DNA of 64,000 nt, from assembly GCA_977017575.1 (NCBI GenBank), contig CDRNVI010000190.1:119440-183439 (forward strand), in the 5' to 3' direction. The translations under genes were made by a program, and so were the position numbers. Under the pieces are notes generated by a model that saw only the letters and a list, made by a program, of their open reading frames with translations, had not been told where the DNA came from and made no database searches. This DNA is from Paramoeba atlantica. Taxonomy: Eukaryota > Protista > Discosea. Below are positions 62,001 through 64,000 of this stretch, in pieces (the stretch's first letter is position 1; the number at the start of each line of letters is the position of its first letter).

Positions 62001-63437
62001 AATTCATTGATTGGTTGAATAGGGGAGGAAAGATCCATTCACAAATAGTCGGAAAGTTGGCTGCGTTTGTTGGACAAGGAAATGATGATAGTGAATCATC
62101 TGCCATCCACCATGCTCGTTCTTATGGGTTTGGTGATCAACAAATTGCTTATTCTCTTTTAGCATTGTCTTCTTTTGATTCGTTAAGGTTCCATTCCCTC
62201 CTTTTTGCTTGTTCTTTTTTTGTTTTTCGCTCATCAAAAATCCACAGTGGATCTGCTCAACCAAACTGTCAGTTCCAAATGGCATGTGGCAACTCTATCT
62301 TACTCTCTGGTTCATTTATGGGATCTCAAACGGAGAATGTTCTCTCTTCTTCAACTCCTTTTGATCATCTTTCTGGGAATGAAGTTAAAACTTGGTTAAA
62401 TGGGAGTGGAGCATTAAATATTATGTCTTCTTTGTCTTTTGTCCCTGACCAACCTGTAACTGTTGCTGTTGACTTTGGCATTCGTGTGGAGAAAGTGATT
62501 AAGGTTTTGGTTTAAATTATTCTTTTTTCACAAAATATACCAAACAAGAAAACTTTTATGTTAAGACTTTCTCTCTTTCTTTCTCTCTCTCTTTCTCTTT
62601 GATTTAGATGTTAAATCATACAACTGGTGTTGGATCTGGGACACCAGTCACAAAACTCCGAAGAGGAGATACTGTGGAAGTAACGATCCAAATCTGGACT
62701 CCTGATGATTACCAGAATGTTTATGTGAAAGATCCACTTCCTGGTTTATTTTTTTTATTTCTTTCTATTTTTTCTCTTTTCTCTTTCTCCCTCTTCTCTC
62801 TTTCTCTTCTCTTCTCTTCCCAATTCTGAAAAAACCCAATTCTGAAAAAATCTCTTTTTCAGGGGGACTTGAGGGACTTGATGATAATCTTGATGACCCA
62901 ACACCCTCTCCAATGTTACCTTGGCAGAAAATCTCGTACTGGTACAATTACTTTTCTGAACGTCAATTTTTCAGTGTAAGTCTTTCATTTTTTTATTTGT
63001 TTCGTTCAAAAATTAACATTAGAAATTTTTTTTGTGGGTTTGTTGATTTTTTTTTATCTGTAAAATAGAGTTCTGTTGAATTTTATGCATCTTATCTTCC
63101 TGCTGGGACTCATACGATCACTTACAAAGCAATTGCTGTAACTCGAGGTTTCTTTTTTTTTTTTTTGAAAATATTTTGATTTTATTTTTTTAATCTTTTC
63201 TCCATTTTAATAGGAGAGTATCTTGTACCATCGACAAGAGCCTATCTTCTTCTTTCTCCAGAGGTATTTGGGTTGACAGAGAGTGGTTCACTTGAAGTTG
63301 AAGGGAAAGAAACCTCTGTTAATCCCCCAGATTCAAACCATTGTCTTTATGTGAAGGAAGAAGATGGTTCTCAAATCTTTTTGCCAGTCCCACCAAAAGG
63401 AGGATGGGAAGCTCTTTGGGATCCTTTGAGTATTTAA
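56042..63437 (+). CDS. Bacterial-type alpha-2-macroglobulin-family protein, secreted, thioester motif absent; first exon ~4.6 kb, several introns in the 3' third
   Basis: Signal peptide; N-terminal Ig-like ITVVFNRPV...RWVG; MG domains (LVTDRHVYRPGD.IYLKGYIR, DFGSFEASF, YRMGETAQI, PGASSVVKV.V, VRTDF, TDASGSVSLPF..SDLLGSY.IMAFA, PRGLHVGD); C-terminal YKAIAVTRGEYLVP.TRAY...PEVFG typical of bacterial A2M. Confidence 0.85.
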
Positions 63438-63440
63438 TAT

Positions 63441-63454
63441 TTTGTTTTGTTTTG

Positions 63455-63485
<31 letters not shown>
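63441..63485. repeat. (TTTTG)n microsatellite
   Basis: About eight perfect units immediately after the A2M stop codon. Confidence 0.95.
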
Positions 63486-63486
<1 letters not shown>

Positions 63487-63626
63487 GTGTTGTCAACCGT
63501 CCAAAAAATTATTTTTTCTTCAAATGAAAGATTGTCCCAAAATATAATTATTCATCTTCAAAATCTTTTGTTTTTCGGCTTAAGCTTTTACTTGTCAGTT
63601 TTGAACTCTTCCCAGAGCTCTTAAAA

Positions 63627-64000
63627 CTATTTTTCTTTCTTTGCTGGTTTGAGATTAGGCTGTGCATCATGAAAGAATTGATCACTCTCTGGAAAAACCT
63701 TTGTTGGAGCGGACCCAGCTCCAAACCCCCAAACACAGCCTCTTTCTTCCAATCTCAATCTTTTCGCCATTTTCTCTTTCAAGAGAAACTCATCTTCCAC
63801 CTCTCTCCCAGAAACAAGCAGAAACACAGCCGCGCCCTCAATCCCACCAAGACTTGAAATACTCTTTTCAAATGAATTCATTGCTGTTTCAAAGCGACCC
63901 TCGCTTTGAGAAATGGAAGCCAATGTGAATAAAAGAGCCCCTTGGCAATCTTTGAAATGAGAAATCAGATCCGTATAGACAAAACTCGAACTCTTGGAAC
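63627..64000 (-). CDS. Paralog of the degenerate Arf-like protein at 37150-37593; 5' end beyond the window
   Basis: The frame is open to the window edge: SFVYTDLISHFKDCQGALLF...SLGGIEG...LRLEERGCVWGFGAGS...LKPAKKEK*, collinear with the 37150 protein. Confidence 0.7.
   Translation of the reverse strand, partial: SKSSSFVYTDLISHFKDCQGALLFTLASISQSEGRFETAMNSFEKSISSLGGIEGAAVFLLVSGREVEDEFLLKEKMAKRLRLEERGCVWGFGAGSAPTKVFPESDQFFHDAQPNLKPAKKEK

Overview
This is gene-dense, AT-rich, intron-containing eukaryotic DNA with mostly 50-110 nt GT-AG introns, T-rich donors and some CTAAC/CTAAT branch points. It is most likely from a free-living protist; an amoeba is suggested by the actin-fragmin-kinase-family gene and the overall gene set, but that is inference only. 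The left half (1-39 kb) is a compact housekeeping region of mostly head-to-head gene pairs. It carries a Rab8-like GTPase, a LITAF protein, delta-COP, PYM1, a myotubularin, ATR, an actin-fragmin-kinase-like protein, NHP2, RPN6/PSMD11, an NDR kinase, a WDR62/MAPKBP1-like protein, a SET+B-box protein, a secreted EGF/beta-sandwich protein, a spliced 66-aa membrane microprotein and an intronless methyltransferase. Two disrupted genes sit among these. The 39-49 kb region is accessory. It holds three complete short ankyrin genes built as N-cap exon + several 99-nt one-repeat exons + C-cap exon, hypervariable at the DARPin binding positions. It also holds inverted orphan ankyrin cassettes, a secreted LRR protein and a small fold-back repeat. 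The right end has a DH-PH(+PH+PH) RhoGEF with microsatellite-filled introns, a bacterial-type alpha-2-macroglobulin lacking the thioester motif, and a second copy of a degenerate Arf-like small protein. A structured hairpin with H/ACA-like geometry lies in the longest intron of the NDR kinase. All family assignments come from motif recognition by eye; no database searches were run.
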